From an uncultured delta proteobacterium (GTDB lineage Bacteria > Desulfobacterota > Desulfobacteria > Desulfobacterales > JAFDCJ01), in contig CAVYNY010000013.1 of assembly GCA_963769935.1 (NCBI GenBank), positions 128,001 through 192,000 of the forward strand: DNA of 64,000 nucleotides, in the 5' to 3' direction. Positions 1-9,622 of this stretch are shown piece by piece. The position numbers were made by a program, and so were the translations under genes. Under the pieces are notes generated by a model. It did no database searches. It had not been told where the DNA came from and was given only the letters and a program-made list of their open reading frames with translations. Positions within the stretch are counted from its first letter, which is position 1. Every line of letters starts with the position of its first letter.

Positions 1-505
1 ATCGATCGCCGAACGGATCGGTGACTTTCTGCCCGTTTGGAAGCGTGAGTTCGCCGGCGACATGGCGGAACCAGACCTTGTCCCGATTGAAGAGAAACGC
101 CATGCGTTCATCGTTTCCGGAGCTGCCTTCGGTCACGTCGGTCGCTATATAGTCCCAGTTGGAACCCAGCAGATTCTTTACGTCGTTGAGCGCGCCGAGG
201 TCACGGCGAATCTCCTGCAGCGCAATCAGGTCAAAATGCGAAAGGATTTCAGCGATGTATGCTTTCGCCTCCTGGCTCCGCAGTCCATAACTCGGCGCAT
301 CGAACTCGCGGAGGTTCCAGGTCGCGATCCGAACATAGCTCGCCGAGTCAGACGGCGGCACTACATCTTGCGGCAGTACGGCAGCGTCAACGTGCGCTTT
401 AAACGCAGCACGCAGCGCTTTTAACTTTTGGGCGGCTCTCCGCTTGGTGTTCAGTGTATCGTTGTTATCGCTCAGACGAGGGCGCAGCCAAGTATAGATC
501 GGCAT
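1..505 (-). CDS. Endonuclease/exonuclease/phosphatase (DNase I-like) family protein; 3' part runs off the window
   Basis: Not in the ORF track. ATG at 505 after GAAAGGAG; own translation MPIYTWLRPRL...VRIATWNLREF...FDLIALQEI...ERMAFLF carries EEP-family motifs; frame open to base 1. Confidence 0.85.
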   Translation of the reverse strand, partial: MPIYTWLRPRLSDNNDTLNTKRRAAQKLKALRAAFKAHVDAAVLPQDVVPPSDSASYVRIATWNLREFDAPSYGLRSQEAKAYIAEILSHFDLIALQEIRRDLGALNDVKNLLGSNWDYIATDVTEGSSGNDERMAFLFNRDKVWFRHVAGELTLPNGQKVTDPFGDR

Positions 506-693
506 CGGAATCTCCTTTCAGTTAAGGGGAAATCTTGCCCCTTCGATTTGATGGGCCTATTTGACTTTTTCCCGATCATTTAGTTTTATGGATATCCTGA
601 ATAAAATTCTGCTAACGCTTAATTTAAGGAGCCGGGAATCTGTGGTCAACAACATTCGGTGAAGCCGGTAAAACCCGACTAAAAATTATGAAC

Positions 694-1095
694 CTAATTT
701 TTCGTGAACCCAAACACTTTATAGAGCCATACGATACAAAAGGCCGCCAACACTAACCAAATTGCGACGATAACGACTGCCGCTACACGGCTCACCGGTT
801 TACCGTTTGATATGATTTTCTGCGCTCGTGCGCGGCACTCCGCCAGAACGGCAGGTGGAATCATTTTTATTGCCAGGGCTATTCCCATAGGAATCAATAT
901 GAAATCGTCCACATAGCCCAGAACCGGCACGAAGTCCGGAATTAGATCAATCGGGCTAAGCGCATAGGCGACTATTCCCGCGACTAAGAGCTTCGCATAC
1001 CACGGTGTACCGGGATGGCGCGCAGCAAGGTAGAGCGCGAATGTTTCCGCTTTCAGAAGACGGGCACGCTGTTTGAGATCAGTCAGAAACGCCAT
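694..1095 (-). CDS. YkvA/DUF1232 family membrane protein
   Basis: YALSPIDLIPDFVPVLGYVDD motif. Confidence 0.9.
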   Translation of the reverse strand: MAFLTDLKQRARLLKAETFALYLAARHPGTPWYAKLLVAGIVAYALSPIDLIPDFVPVLGYVDDFILIPMGIALAIKMIPPAVLAECRARAQKIISNGKPVSRVAAVVIVAIWLVLAAFCIVWLYKVFGFTKN

Positions 1096-1318
1096 TGATT
1101 ATTTTTAAGTAGCTGAATTTATTTAATCAACTTTTTATCTTTTGGTGTATAATAGGCTAATAATTTACGCTCGAAGTCAATAGATATTATTTGTCTTTGG
1201 TAATTTCTGCACCTTGTATTATAATCTTTGGACAACATCACAAGTCGGACCGGCCGGCCGCGGCGCAGCGGAGATCCCGGGCCGGGATACCAATGCCTAA
1301 ATCAGGATATCTGACCAC

Positions 1319-2302
1319 ATGCAAAACAAAGCGTACAGTATATTAACCATTGGCGGCGGCAGCGGACAATTCACACTGCTGTCCGGTTTGAGAGACTTGG
1401 AAGACATCGTTATAACCTCGGTCGTGTCCATGGCCGATAACGGTGGGAGCACCGGCCGCTTGAGGGACGAGCTCGGCATATTGCCGCCCGGCGATGCCCT
1501 GAAATGTCTCATTGCACTTTCGCCCTTTCGTGATGCCGCCCGCAAAATCATGCTTAAAAAACTGAATAACGATAGACGCTTAAAGGGCCACAATGCCGGC
1601 AACATTCTACTGACGATGCTTTCCCGCTACACGGGCGATTTTCCATCAGCCATCAGGGCTTTATCAGAGATTCTGGAGATCAAAGGCCGGGTTTTGCCGG
1701 GAACGATCAGCAAAACAACGCTGGTTGCCGAGTTAAACGACGGGACCCGCATCTATGGTGAATCTGCAATCGATATACCGCAAAGTTCACGAAGGGAGCA
1801 GATCCGGGACCTGTTCCTGGTTCCGCACTATAAAAATTCATTTGCCGCTTACCCGCCTGTGATCGAGGCCATTGAGAACTCGGATTATATCTTTATCGGT
1901 CCCGGAGACTTATATACCAGCATTATCGCAAGCCTCATCATCCCGGGTATTAAGGAAGCCCTTCAGCAAACGGATGCAAAAATCATTTACATACTGAACA
2001 TAATGACCAAATTCGGCGAAACCGATCATTACCAGGCGGTTGATTTTGTTCGTAAGATTGAAGATTATTTAGACCGCCCGGTCAACGGCGTCATCTGCAA
2101 TACCCGCGAGCCGGACAGAAAAATCCTGAGAAAGTATGAAAAAGAAAAAGCTGAATTTGTTGAACTTGGCAAAGTAGAAGGCTGGATCGATAGCCGCACG
2201 ATCTATGCCAGAGATCTGATGGATAGCTCAGAAAATATTGTTCGCCATGATTCAAATAAGCTGGCATCCCTGATACGGGATATCGTTTTTAAGAAAACTT
2301 GA
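1319..2302 (+). CDS. yvcK: YvcK/GlmR (CofD-like) family protein
   Basis: IGGGSG, MADNGGSTGRLRDELGILPPGD, GHNAGN, IGPGDLYTSI, RHD motifs. Confidence 0.9.
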   Translation: MQNKAYSILTIGGGSGQFTLLSGLRDLEDIVITSVVSMADNGGSTGRLRDELGILPPGDALKCLIALSPFRDAARKIMLKKLNNDRRLKGHNAGNILLTMLSRYTGDFPSAIRALSEILEIKGRVLPGTISKTTLVAELNDGTRIYGESAIDIPQSSRREQIRDLFLVPHYKNSFAAYPPVIEAIENSDYIFIGPGDLYTSIIASLIIPGIKEALQQTDAKIIYILNIMTKFGETDHYQAVDFVRKIEDYLDRPVNGVICNTREPDRKILRKYEKEKAEFVELGKVEGWIDSRTIYARDLMDSSENIVRHDSNKLASLIRDIVFKKT

Positions 2303-2334
2303 AAATTTTGTATCAAAAAAGGGGGCAAAAAGGG

Positions 2335-3273
2335 CTACAAAGCGCCTATGCCCATTAAACTTATTTCATTCCGGAAATGCCGCTGGAAAGCCTTTTCGGT
2401 TTGATTCGGGATCTTATCCTGCAATTGAAACAGCGATATTTTATTGATTACTTTCTTGGAAGGAATTCTTACCGGAATAATCGTGCCATTGCTTATTTCT
2501 TGAGTGACAAGATGTGAAACTATGACACCCAGGCCCAAATGGTGTTTTATCGCCGCAATAACCGCTTGCACGTTGTCAACGGTCAGGACGACATTTAATT
2601 GGAGCGGGGACTTCCCGAAATGATATTTGAACCAGCTCAACAGCGCGGAAGCATCGAGCTTATATTCTATAAACTCTGTGGCTGCGAGGTGTTTGAAGGA
2701 ATGGTCCTTCCTGATGTTGCGCTCATAGTACGGTCCGGAACAGGCCATAATAACATCCTCCTCGAGAAACGGCTCGATACTATAGCCGCTGAGCTCACCG
2801 AAAATCTGGCCGTCGTTCGAAAATACATCCATGTAGGCGAAGTCGAGTTCACCATCTCCGACAATGGGCAATAGCGTCGCTGGATCACCCAATTTAAGGA
2901 AAAAAGTCACCTCGGGGTATTTCTTTCTAAACGAGGAAATTATGCCGGGCATATATGCCTTTCCGAATTCAACGGGAGCCCCGATTCTGAGAAGCCCCGA
3001 AGGGGTTCCCTGTGCTTTCTTGATTTTCCCGATCCCGACTTCCAACTCTTTCACAAACGGCTTCAAAACACGAAACAATCTGTCACCCGCGGCCGTGGGC
3101 ACTAATCGTCTATGAAGTCGGGTAAAAAGGGGGGCGTTTATTTCAGATTCAAGCTTTTGAAGATGCTGGCTGACCGCCGATTGCGTAATATGCAGCTCTT
3201 TGGCCGCGGCCACACTGCTTTTTTTTAAATAAATGTAGAAGAAAACCTTTAGACGATTGAAGTCCGGAAGCAT
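2335..3273 (-). CDS. LysR-family transcriptional regulator
   Basis: HTH AAAKELHITQSAVSQHLQKLE, LFTR, PTAAG; start placed at ATG 3273 after GAGAGG. Confidence 0.9.
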   Translation of the reverse strand: MLPDFNRLKVFFYIYLKKSSVAAAKELHITQSAVSQHLQKLESEINAPLFTRLHRRLVPTAAGDRLFRVLKPFVKELEVGIGKIKKAQGTPSGLLRIGAPVEFGKAYMPGIISSFRKKYPEVTFFLKLGDPATLLPIVGDGELDFAYMDVFSNDGQIFGELSGYSIEPFLEEDVIMACSGPYYERNIRKDHSFKHLAATEFIEYKLDASALLSWFKYHFGKSPLQLNVVLTVDNVQAVIAAIKHHLGLGVIVSHLVTQEISNGTIIPVRIPSKKVINKISLFQLQDKIPNQTEKAFQRHFRNEISLMGIGAL

Positions 3274-3418
3274 AGAGAACATCCTCTCTTCGATTCTCCA
3301 GGACCCTGAATCCAAGCCTCAATTCATGCCAACAGCGAAGAAACAAGGACCACCCGCCAAGTCGTTAAGATGGGTCAATTGACAACATGCCGGATTTATT
3401 TATTAAAAGAACTCTTAA

Positions 3419-3431
3419 TAAGCTCAGCTTA
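3419..3431. promoter_or_regulatory. Putative LysR T-N11-A box
   Basis: Palindrome TAAGCTCAGCTTA in the AT-rich region between the LysR gene and the divergent genes. Confidence 0.5.
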
Positions 3432-3533
3432 ATCAAAAGGTTAGATTAATTAATTTGACTTATTTAATAAACCTGCCTTAGGATGTCAATGTAGAATTGA
3501 AAACTTTTCGGTGATCCTACTAGGAGATTCCTC

Positions 3534-3731
3534 ATGTTTTATCCTCTTGAACCACCCCGCGCTACACCTGGAAAAAAGCAAGCGGCGGCTTTGGTGGTTT
3601 TGAATCCTGCGCAGTCGCGCAGACTCGTCGCTAAGGGGGCGGTGGCCATGCCGGACGAGTACAGGATCGCCGATCCGGTTCAATACAATTATGACGCCCA
3701 AGCCCAGTTGGACGTCCTGGGCGGTCTCTGA
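3534..3731 (+). pseudogene. Short ORF, probably a remnant of a longer conserved hypothetical gene
   Basis: RBS AGGAG; N-terminal LNPAQSRRLVAKGAVAMP resembles the start of a longer family, but the ORF is only 65 aa. Confidence 0.4.
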
Positions 3732-3800
3732 GCCAAGGAAACGGCCGAACCAGCTATATCTAAATTACCCAAACCACTTTCAGGATCGAGGGAAAATATT

Positions 3801-4874
3801 ATGCAAATACCAGTCACCAAAGTCATTCCCGCTATGGCACGGCGGAAACCGGACGACGAATCCAAGCTCGGGTTCGGAGTTCTCATGTCCAACCACATGT
3901 TCAAATTGGATTATAATGCCGATCGGGGATGGCACTCCGCCCGCATCGAGCCCTACGCCCCTCTTCAGCTCTATCCCGCCGCCGCAGTTCTCCACTACGC
4001 CCAGGAGGCCTTCGAGGGACTCAAAGCCTACCGGTCCGCCGGGGGTGAACTTCTCCTCTTCCGGCCCAGGGCGAACCTCGCGCGGTTGTCCCGGACTTGC
4101 CAAAGGCTGTGCATCCCGGACTATCCTGAGGATCTGGTCCTGGAGGGGATAAAACAGCTCGTCGCCCTGGACAGGGACTGGGTACCCTCGGCCCCGGGAA
4201 CCTCTCTTTATGTCCGGCCCAACATCATCGCCACCGAACCCTTTCTCGGCGTGAGAGAGGCCCATGAGTATCTCCTCTATGTCATCACCGGCCCCGTTGG
4301 GGCCTACTATCCTGAGGGTTTTGCCCCGGTCAAGATCATGGTCGAGGATACATACACCCGGGCGGCCCCCGGCGGGGTGGGCGAAGCCAAAACCGCCGGC
4401 AACTACGCCTCCAGCCTCAAGGCCCAGATCGAAGCCCATAAAAAGGGATTCACCCAGGTCCTCTGGCTCGACGGGAAAGAGCGCAGGTACGTCGAAGAAG
4501 TGGGGACCATGAACATCTTCTTCAAATTCAAAGGGGAACTGGCCACGGCTCCCCTGGGCGGGACCATCCTGCCGGGTATCACCCGCGATTCGATCATCAC
4601 CCTGGCCAAAGACCTGGGAATCACAGTCCGGGAGCGTCCTATTGCCATCGACGAAGTGATCGACAAGGCCCGGTCAGGCGAATTGGAAGAGGTCTTTGGT
4701 TCGGGGACCGCCGCCGTGGTTTCCCCTGTGTCCACGCTCCGTTACCAGGACGCGGACTATGAGATTTCCGGCGGTCGGACCGGCCCCCTGGCCCAGAAAC
4801 TTTTCGACACGATCGTCGCCATCCAGTATGGTGCAGCCGATGACCCGCACGGCTGGCGGGAGAAAGTCGTTTAG
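3801..4874 (+). CDS. ilvE: Branched-chain amino acid aminotransferase
   Basis: LHYAQEAFEGLKAY, AKTAGNYA (PLP Lys), EEVGTMN, ILPGITR, GSGTAAVVSPV. Confidence 0.95.
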   Translation: MQIPVTKVIPAMARRKPDDESKLGFGVLMSNHMFKLDYNADRGWHSARIEPYAPLQLYPAAAVLHYAQEAFEGLKAYRSAGGELLLFRPRANLARLSRTCQRLCIPDYPEDLVLEGIKQLVALDRDWVPSAPGTSLYVRPNIIATEPFLGVREAHEYLLYVITGPVGAYYPEGFAPVKIMVEDTYTRAAPGGVGEAKTAGNYASSLKAQIEAHKKGFTQVLWLDGKERRYVEEVGTMNIFFKFKGELATAPLGGTILPGITRDSIITLAKDLGITVRERPIAIDEVIDKARSGELEEVFGSGTAAVVSPVSTLRYQDADYEISGGRTGPLAQKLFDTIVAIQYGAADDPHGWREKVV

Positions 4875-4958
4875 ATCGGCCGGAATACGCTACCGGCTGG
4901 ATTTTACCCTGGCAGGGTGAATATCGAGCCAAAACCGATGGAAAGGGAGGTAAGGCAT

Positions 4959-5357
4959 ATGTCGTTGTACAAAACGGTTTCGGAAAACGAGGCCACCGGA
5001 AAAGTGAAAGAGGTATATGACGATCTCAAGGCGACCAAAAAGATCGATTTCGTTCCGAATTTCTGGAAGGCGCTTTCGATCAATCCGGATCACCTGGAAG
5101 CCGTCTGGCAGAAGCTGAAGGCCGTCATGAAACCCGGCAAGCTCGATTTGCGCACCAAGGAGATCATCGCCCTCGCGGTTTCGATCACCAACAATTGTGA
5201 GTACTGAATCCACTCCCACAGCGCCGCCGTGAAGCGGCTTGGACTTGACAACGAGGCCATCGGTGAGATCGTGGCCGTGGTGGACGTGTTTTCCGGCACA
5301 AATTGTATTGCAAATGCCTATCGGGTCGAGCCGGATGTTTCGCCCGCCCCCGAATGA
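4959..5357 (+). CDS. AhpD/carboxymuconolactone-decarboxylase-like selenoprotein (C80-E-Y-U83), 132 aa
   Basis: RBS GGGAGG; KEIIALAVSITNNCEY-UGA(5205-5207)-IHSHSAAVKRLGL continues in frame to TGA 5355-5357, matching the AhpD CxxCxxxH motif. Confidence 0.85.
5223..5238 (+). promoter_or_regulatory. Candidate SECIS hairpin of the AhpD-like gene
   Basis: GCCGC-cgtgaa-GCGGC; loop 20 nt after the UGA. Confidence 0.5.
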
Positions 5358-5568
5358 TCGGCATCCGGTGTAAAATACTTAAATATTGCAAAACCCCGGA
5401 TAATTAATTGTCGACTTTAAAAACTTATGACCAGGGCAGACTTGCTGGATCTCTAAATCCTTGATGTTTTCCATTGCGATTTCGGCGCCGGGAACAAAAT
5501 TATTGCTCAATAATTCGGCGCCAAGCCATCTACAAGAATGCCGGCACAGGTCGGAAAGTATCCAAGAA

Positions 5569-5940
5569 ATGACAAATAGTAAAGTTCAGCGATTCAAATG
5601 GGACGATATGCCCAAAGAGAAACTAAATGATCGCATTGCCAGGAGAATTATCACCGGCGAAAAGGTTATGCTCACGCATGTCTATTTGAAAAAAGGTGCC
5701 GTGGTGCCAATGCATTCGCATTTCAATGAGCAAATCACCTATATCTTAGAGGGAAAGCTCAAGTTTTGGATTGAAAGCGAGGATGCGGATCCTATAACAG
5801 TTGGCCCGGGGGATGTGCTGATTCTGCCGTCTAATCTTTCCCATAAGGCAGAGGCACTTGAGGATACCTTAGACGTCGACATTTTTGCCCCTCCCAGAGA
5901 GGATTGGTTGAAAAAGGAAGATGCTTATTTGAGGGGATAA
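5569..5940 (+). CDS. Cupin domain protein
   Basis: PMHSHFNEQITYILEG and HKAEALED..DIFAPPREDW. Confidence 0.9.
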   Translation: MTNSKVQRFKWDDMPKEKLNDRIARRIITGEKVMLTHVYLKKGAVVPMHSHFNEQITYILEGKLKFWIESEDADPITVGPGDVLILPSNLSHKAEALEDTLDVDIFAPPREDWLKKEDAYLRG

Positions 5941-5942
5941 AA

Positions 5943-6734
5943 ATGGATTTAGGCTTAAAAAATAAAACCGCCTTAGTTTGCGGATCGAGCAAGGGTTTAG
6001 GCAAAGCAACAGCCAAATGCCTTGCGGTAGAAGGCGCCTCCGTTATCCTGTGCTCGTCCAATCCAGATAACCTGCAGAAGGCGAAACAGGATATACAGGA
6101 GGTTTCAAGCACGGAGGTGACGGCAATTTCTGCGAACTTGTCCGAACGTGACGATGTAAGCAGGCTCATCGAAATGCTGTTCAAACGATATAGCCACATT
6201 GATATATTGGTAAACAACACCGGTGGGCCTCCTCCCGGCAAATTCGACGAACTGGGCATCGCTGACTGGCAAGATGCATATGAAGCCATGTTTATAAGCG
6301 CCGTGATGCTGACAAAAAGTGTTTTGCCGGGAATGAAATCACAACGATGGGGACGAATATTGAACATTACCTCCATTGCCGTGAAACAACCAGTGGAAAA
6401 CCTGATTCTTTCGAATAGCATTAGAGCGGGAATTACGGGTTTTGCCCGAACCCTGGCCAACGAAGTGGCACCTTTCGGTATAACAGTGAATAACATATTG
6501 CCTGGATATACCAGAACGGAACGGCTGGAGAATTTGGCCGCAGAAACGGCCGGGAGAAAGGGCGGTTCTGTAGAAGAAGCCTACCAGACCTGGATAAAAG
6601 ACATCCCCATGAATCGGCTGGGGGAGCCGGAGGAATTCGGGAATGTTGTTACGTTTCTGGCTTCAGAAAGAGCCTCATATGTGACTGGCACGTCGATTAC
6701 CGTTGATGGCGGATGGGTTAGAAGTTTGATATAA
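5943..6734 (+). CDS. SDR-family oxidoreductase
   Basis: ALVCGSSKGLG, ILVNNTGGPPPG, SNSIRAG, ITVDGG. Confidence 0.9.
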   Translation: MDLGLKNKTALVCGSSKGLGKATAKCLAVEGASVILCSSNPDNLQKAKQDIQEVSSTEVTAISANLSERDDVSRLIEMLFKRYSHIDILVNNTGGPPPGKFDELGIADWQDAYEAMFISAVMLTKSVLPGMKSQRWGRILNITSIAVKQPVENLILSNSIRAGITGFARTLANEVAPFGITVNNILPGYTRTERLENLAAETAGRKGGSVEEAYQTWIKDIPMNRLGEPEEFGNVVTFLASERASYVTGTSITVDGGWVRSLI

Positions 6735-6791
6735 AAAAGAAGATTAAACCGTAACTTCAAAAAAAAGTTAGCGTGAACTTCCGAATTCCCG

Positions 6792-7505
6792 CTAGATTCC
6801 CAGGTAGGCTTTTCTAACCTGATCGTTGGCCAACAGGTTTGCGGCGGTGTCTGATAAAGTAACGCGGCCGGTCTCCATGACATAGCCCCGGTGAGCCACT
6901 CTGAGCGCCATGTTGGCATTTTGCTCAACCAGAAAAATGGTGGTCTTGTTTTCAGTATTTATTTGGCGGATGATATCGAAAATCCGTTTAACAAAAATCG
7001 GTGCCAGCCCCAGGGAAGGTTCGTCCATCAGCAGAAGACGTGGCCTGGCCATCAAAGCCCGCGATATGGCCAGCATTTGCTGCTCGCCGCCGCTCAGTGT
7101 TCCGCCGGCCTGATGGCGTCGTTCCGCCAGAATTGGAAAAAGCTCGTAGACATATTCAAGGTCGCGTTTGATTTCCTGCTGATCGGACCTCAAAAAGGCT
7201 CCCATGTCCAGATTTTCGTCCACGCTCAGAAATGGAAAAATGCGGCGGCCTTCGGGCACCTGGCAGATGCCGAGGGCGACAATTTCATTGGGCGGCAGGT
7301 CCTGAATCGGCTTGCCCATAAAATTGATTTCACCGGATCTGGGCGGAACGATTCCGCAAATCGACATGAGGGTAGTGGTCTTGCCGGCGCCGTTGGCCCC
7401 AATCAGCGTGATGATCTCGCCCTCGGATATATTAATCGAAACGTCTTTTAAGGCCTGGATGTTGCCGTAATACGTTTTTAAATGTTTTACCTCAAGCATC
7501 GACAT
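6792..7505 (-). CDS. livF: Branched-chain amino acid ABC transporter ATP-binding protein
   Basis: GANGAGKTT, VPEGRRIF, LSGGEQQML. Confidence 0.95.
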   Translation of the reverse strand: MSMLEVKHLKTYYGNIQALKDVSINISEGEIITLIGANGAGKTTTLMSICGIVPPRSGEINFMGKPIQDLPPNEIVALGICQVPEGRRIFPFLSVDENLDMGAFLRSDQQEIKRDLEYVYELFPILAERRHQAGGTLSGGEQQMLAISRALMARPRLLLMDEPSLGLAPIFVKRIFDIIRQINTENKTTIFLVEQNANMALRVAHRGYVMETGRVTLSDTAANLLANDQVRKAYLGI

Positions 7506-8280
7506 CTTCTCCGAGATACGCTTTAATCACCTCGGGATTATTTTTTATTTCCTGCGGAGATCCCTGGGCAATTTTTTTTCCGTAATCCACGACATAAATT
7601 CGATCGGATAAACTCATCACGAGCTTCATGTCATGTTCGATCAAAAGAATGGAAACGCCTTCTTCTTCACGGAGTTTGACGATCAGTTCATCGAGTTCCT
7701 GTGTTTCGTGAGGATTCATGCCGGCGGCCGGTTCATCCAGCAGCAGCAAAAACGGTTCGGTGGCCATGGCCCGCGCAATCTCGAGCCGGCGCTGGGCGCC
7801 ATACGGCAAGTTTTTGGCAAAATCATTGACAAACCGCGCCAGGCCCATTTTTTCCAGGACCAGGTAGCTGTGCTCAACAATTTGCGACTCTTCCTGCCGG
7901 GTCGATGCTCTCTTCAGAACGGCCCCCACGATACCGGATGACGTGCGGCAATGACGACCGATCATGACATTTTCAAGCACGGTCATATTCGGAAACAGCC
8001 GGATATTTTGAAAAGTTCGCGCCAGGCCGTTTTCCGTGACATTGTTGGGTTTTAAGCCGTTCAGCTTCCTGGATTTTTTACCGGGAGGACGAATCAGCAT
8101 AATACCCGACGTCGGCGAATATATACCGGTAATGCAGTTGAAAAAGGTGGTTTTGCCGGCACCGTTCGGACCGATGAGGGCCACAATCTCCCCCCGGCTG
8201 ATCTTCAGATCCAGGTGGTCCAGCGCCCGCAGGCCGCCGAAATCCATTGTTAATTCATTAACTTCCAGTATCGGTTCCAT
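7492..8280 (-). CDS. livG: Branched-chain amino acid ABC transporter ATP-binding protein
   Basis: GPNGAGKTT, RTFQNIRLF, LPYGAQRRLE, DEPAAGMN. Confidence 0.95.
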   Translation of the reverse strand: MEPILEVNELTMDFGGLRALDHLDLKISRGEIVALIGPNGAGKTTFFNCITGIYSPTSGIMLIRPPGKKSRKLNGLKPNNVTENGLARTFQNIRLFPNMTVLENVMIGRHCRTSSGIVGAVLKRASTRQEESQIVEHSYLVLEKMGLARFVNDFAKNLPYGAQRRLEIARAMATEPFLLLLDEPAAGMNPHETQELDELIVKLREEEGVSILLIEHDMKLVMSLSDRIYVVDYGKKIAQGSPQEIKNNPEVIKAYLGEDVDA

Positions 8281-8288
8281 ATCCTAAA

Positions 8289-9545
8289 TTATTTCGTCTT
8301 AGCGGTTGTTGCACCTTTGAACTGGTATGTCCGGCGCACTTCACTGACAATTCCCCCGGGGCGAAAGACCATCATCACAACCAGGACAGCCCCGAAAATC
8401 AGCAGCCGGTATTCGGAAAAAGCCCGGAGGTATTCCGGCAGCAGAATTAGAATCATTGCACCGCAGATAACGCCGAAAATTGAGCCCATGCCGCCCAGCA
8501 CCACCACGCAAAGAATGATGATGGATTCCCAGATCGTAAAACTTGCCGGATTGATAAATGTTGTCTTGGCCGCAAATACGACCCCCGCCATTCCGGCCCA
8601 GGTGGCGCCCATGGCGAATGCCGTCAATTTGGTCTTGGTTTTGTCAATGCCCATGGCCTGGCAGGCTACCTCGTCTTCGCGCAGGGCAATCCAGGCCCGG
8701 CCGATGCGCGAGTTTTGCAGGCGGGCGACGACAAAAATCGTCATCAGCACCAAGCCAATCATCAAAAAATACAGGTACGTGGTAGCCTGGGACAGCGACA
8801 ATTCGATTCCGAATAAACCGGGACGGGGAATATTGGCAATGCCACTGGGGCCGAAGGAAAATTGATTCCAGTTCTCCAGGATCAGCCGGATAATTTCGCC
8901 AAAGCCAAGCGTGACGATGGCCAGGTAATCCCCCCTCAGGCGCAATACGGGAAAACCCAACAGGATGCCGAACGTCATACTCAATCCGGCTCCGATGGGC
9001 AGCGCCAGCCAGAATCCCAGGCCGAAATGGTAGTTTAAAAGCGCATAGCTGTATGCGCCGACGGCATAAAACGCCACATAACCCAGGTCCAGCAGACCGG
9101 CCAGCCCGACCACGATGTTCAATCCAAGACCCGTGATCACGTATATCAGAGCGGTGATCATGATATTGGTTTGATACAGTGAAAAAATAAAGGGAAAGAC
9201 CAGAACAAAAGCGCATAAGGCGATCAGTCCCGGAATGGAAAGCCGGCGATCCCGGTAAATCCGCTGGCTCCAGGAAACGCTTTCGGCTTCAGCCAGATCG
9301 GTCTTTTTCCGGCCAAGCTCCTTGCGTTTAAGCAGATAGCGCCAGACGAACGACAAGAAAAAACTTCCGATCCCGACCAGAAACATTCGTTCCCAGCGCC
9401 ACTCGATAACGTTATTAATCGTGTTGACCCGGATGACCATAATCGGGAAGGTCAAAAACATAAACCATATGGAAGCGAAAAATGATTTTTTGATTTCTGC
9501 AAGAGTGACCAATGGTCCCAAACCTAACCCGGATAAAACCGGCAA
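8289..9545 (-). CDS. livM: Branched-chain amino acid ABC transporter permease (start uncertain)
   Basis: GLNIVVGLAGLLDLGY, LRLRGDYLAIVTLGFGEIIR. Confidence 0.92.
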   Translation of the reverse strand: MPVLSGLGLGPLVTLAEIKKSFFASIWFMFLTFPIMVIRVNTINNVIEWRWERMFLVGIGSFFLSFVWRYLLKRKELGRKKTDLAEAESVSWSQRIYRDRRLSIPGLIALCAFVLVFPFIFSLYQTNIMITALIYVITGLGLNIVVGLAGLLDLGYVAFYAVGAYSYALLNYHFGLGFWLALPIGAGLSMTFGILLGFPVLRLRGDYLAIVTLGFGEIIRLILENWNQFSFGPSGIANIPRPGLFGIELSLSQATTYLYFLMIGLVLMTIFVVARLQNSRIGRAWIALREDEVACQAMGIDKTKTKLTAFAMGATWAGMAGVVFAAKTTFINPASFTIWESIIILCVVVLGGMGSIFGVICGAMILILLPEYLRAFSEYRLLIFGAVLVVMMVFRPGGIVSEVRRTYQFKGATTAKTK

Positions 9546-9574
9546 AACGAGCTAAGGTACGTTGACCCCTTTAG

Positions 9575-9620
9575 CTCAATAAATTCAACAAACTCAATAA
9601 ACTATACAAACTCAACGAAC
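9575..9620. repeat. Degenerate 9-mer tandem repeat (CTCAAYAAA-like)
   Basis: ctcaataaa ttcaacaaa ctcaataaa ctatacaaa ctcaacgaa between livH and livM. Confidence 0.6.
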
Positions 9621-9622
9621 GC

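Noticed and set aside
62..424. 120-aa + strand ORF
   Set aside because: Shadow of the minus-strand EEP gene
3729..3803. TGA of the 65-aa ORF is in frame with ilvE with no stop between (possible readthrough)
   Set aside because: No redox-motif context or clear SECIS, and ilvE has its own RBS; likely chance
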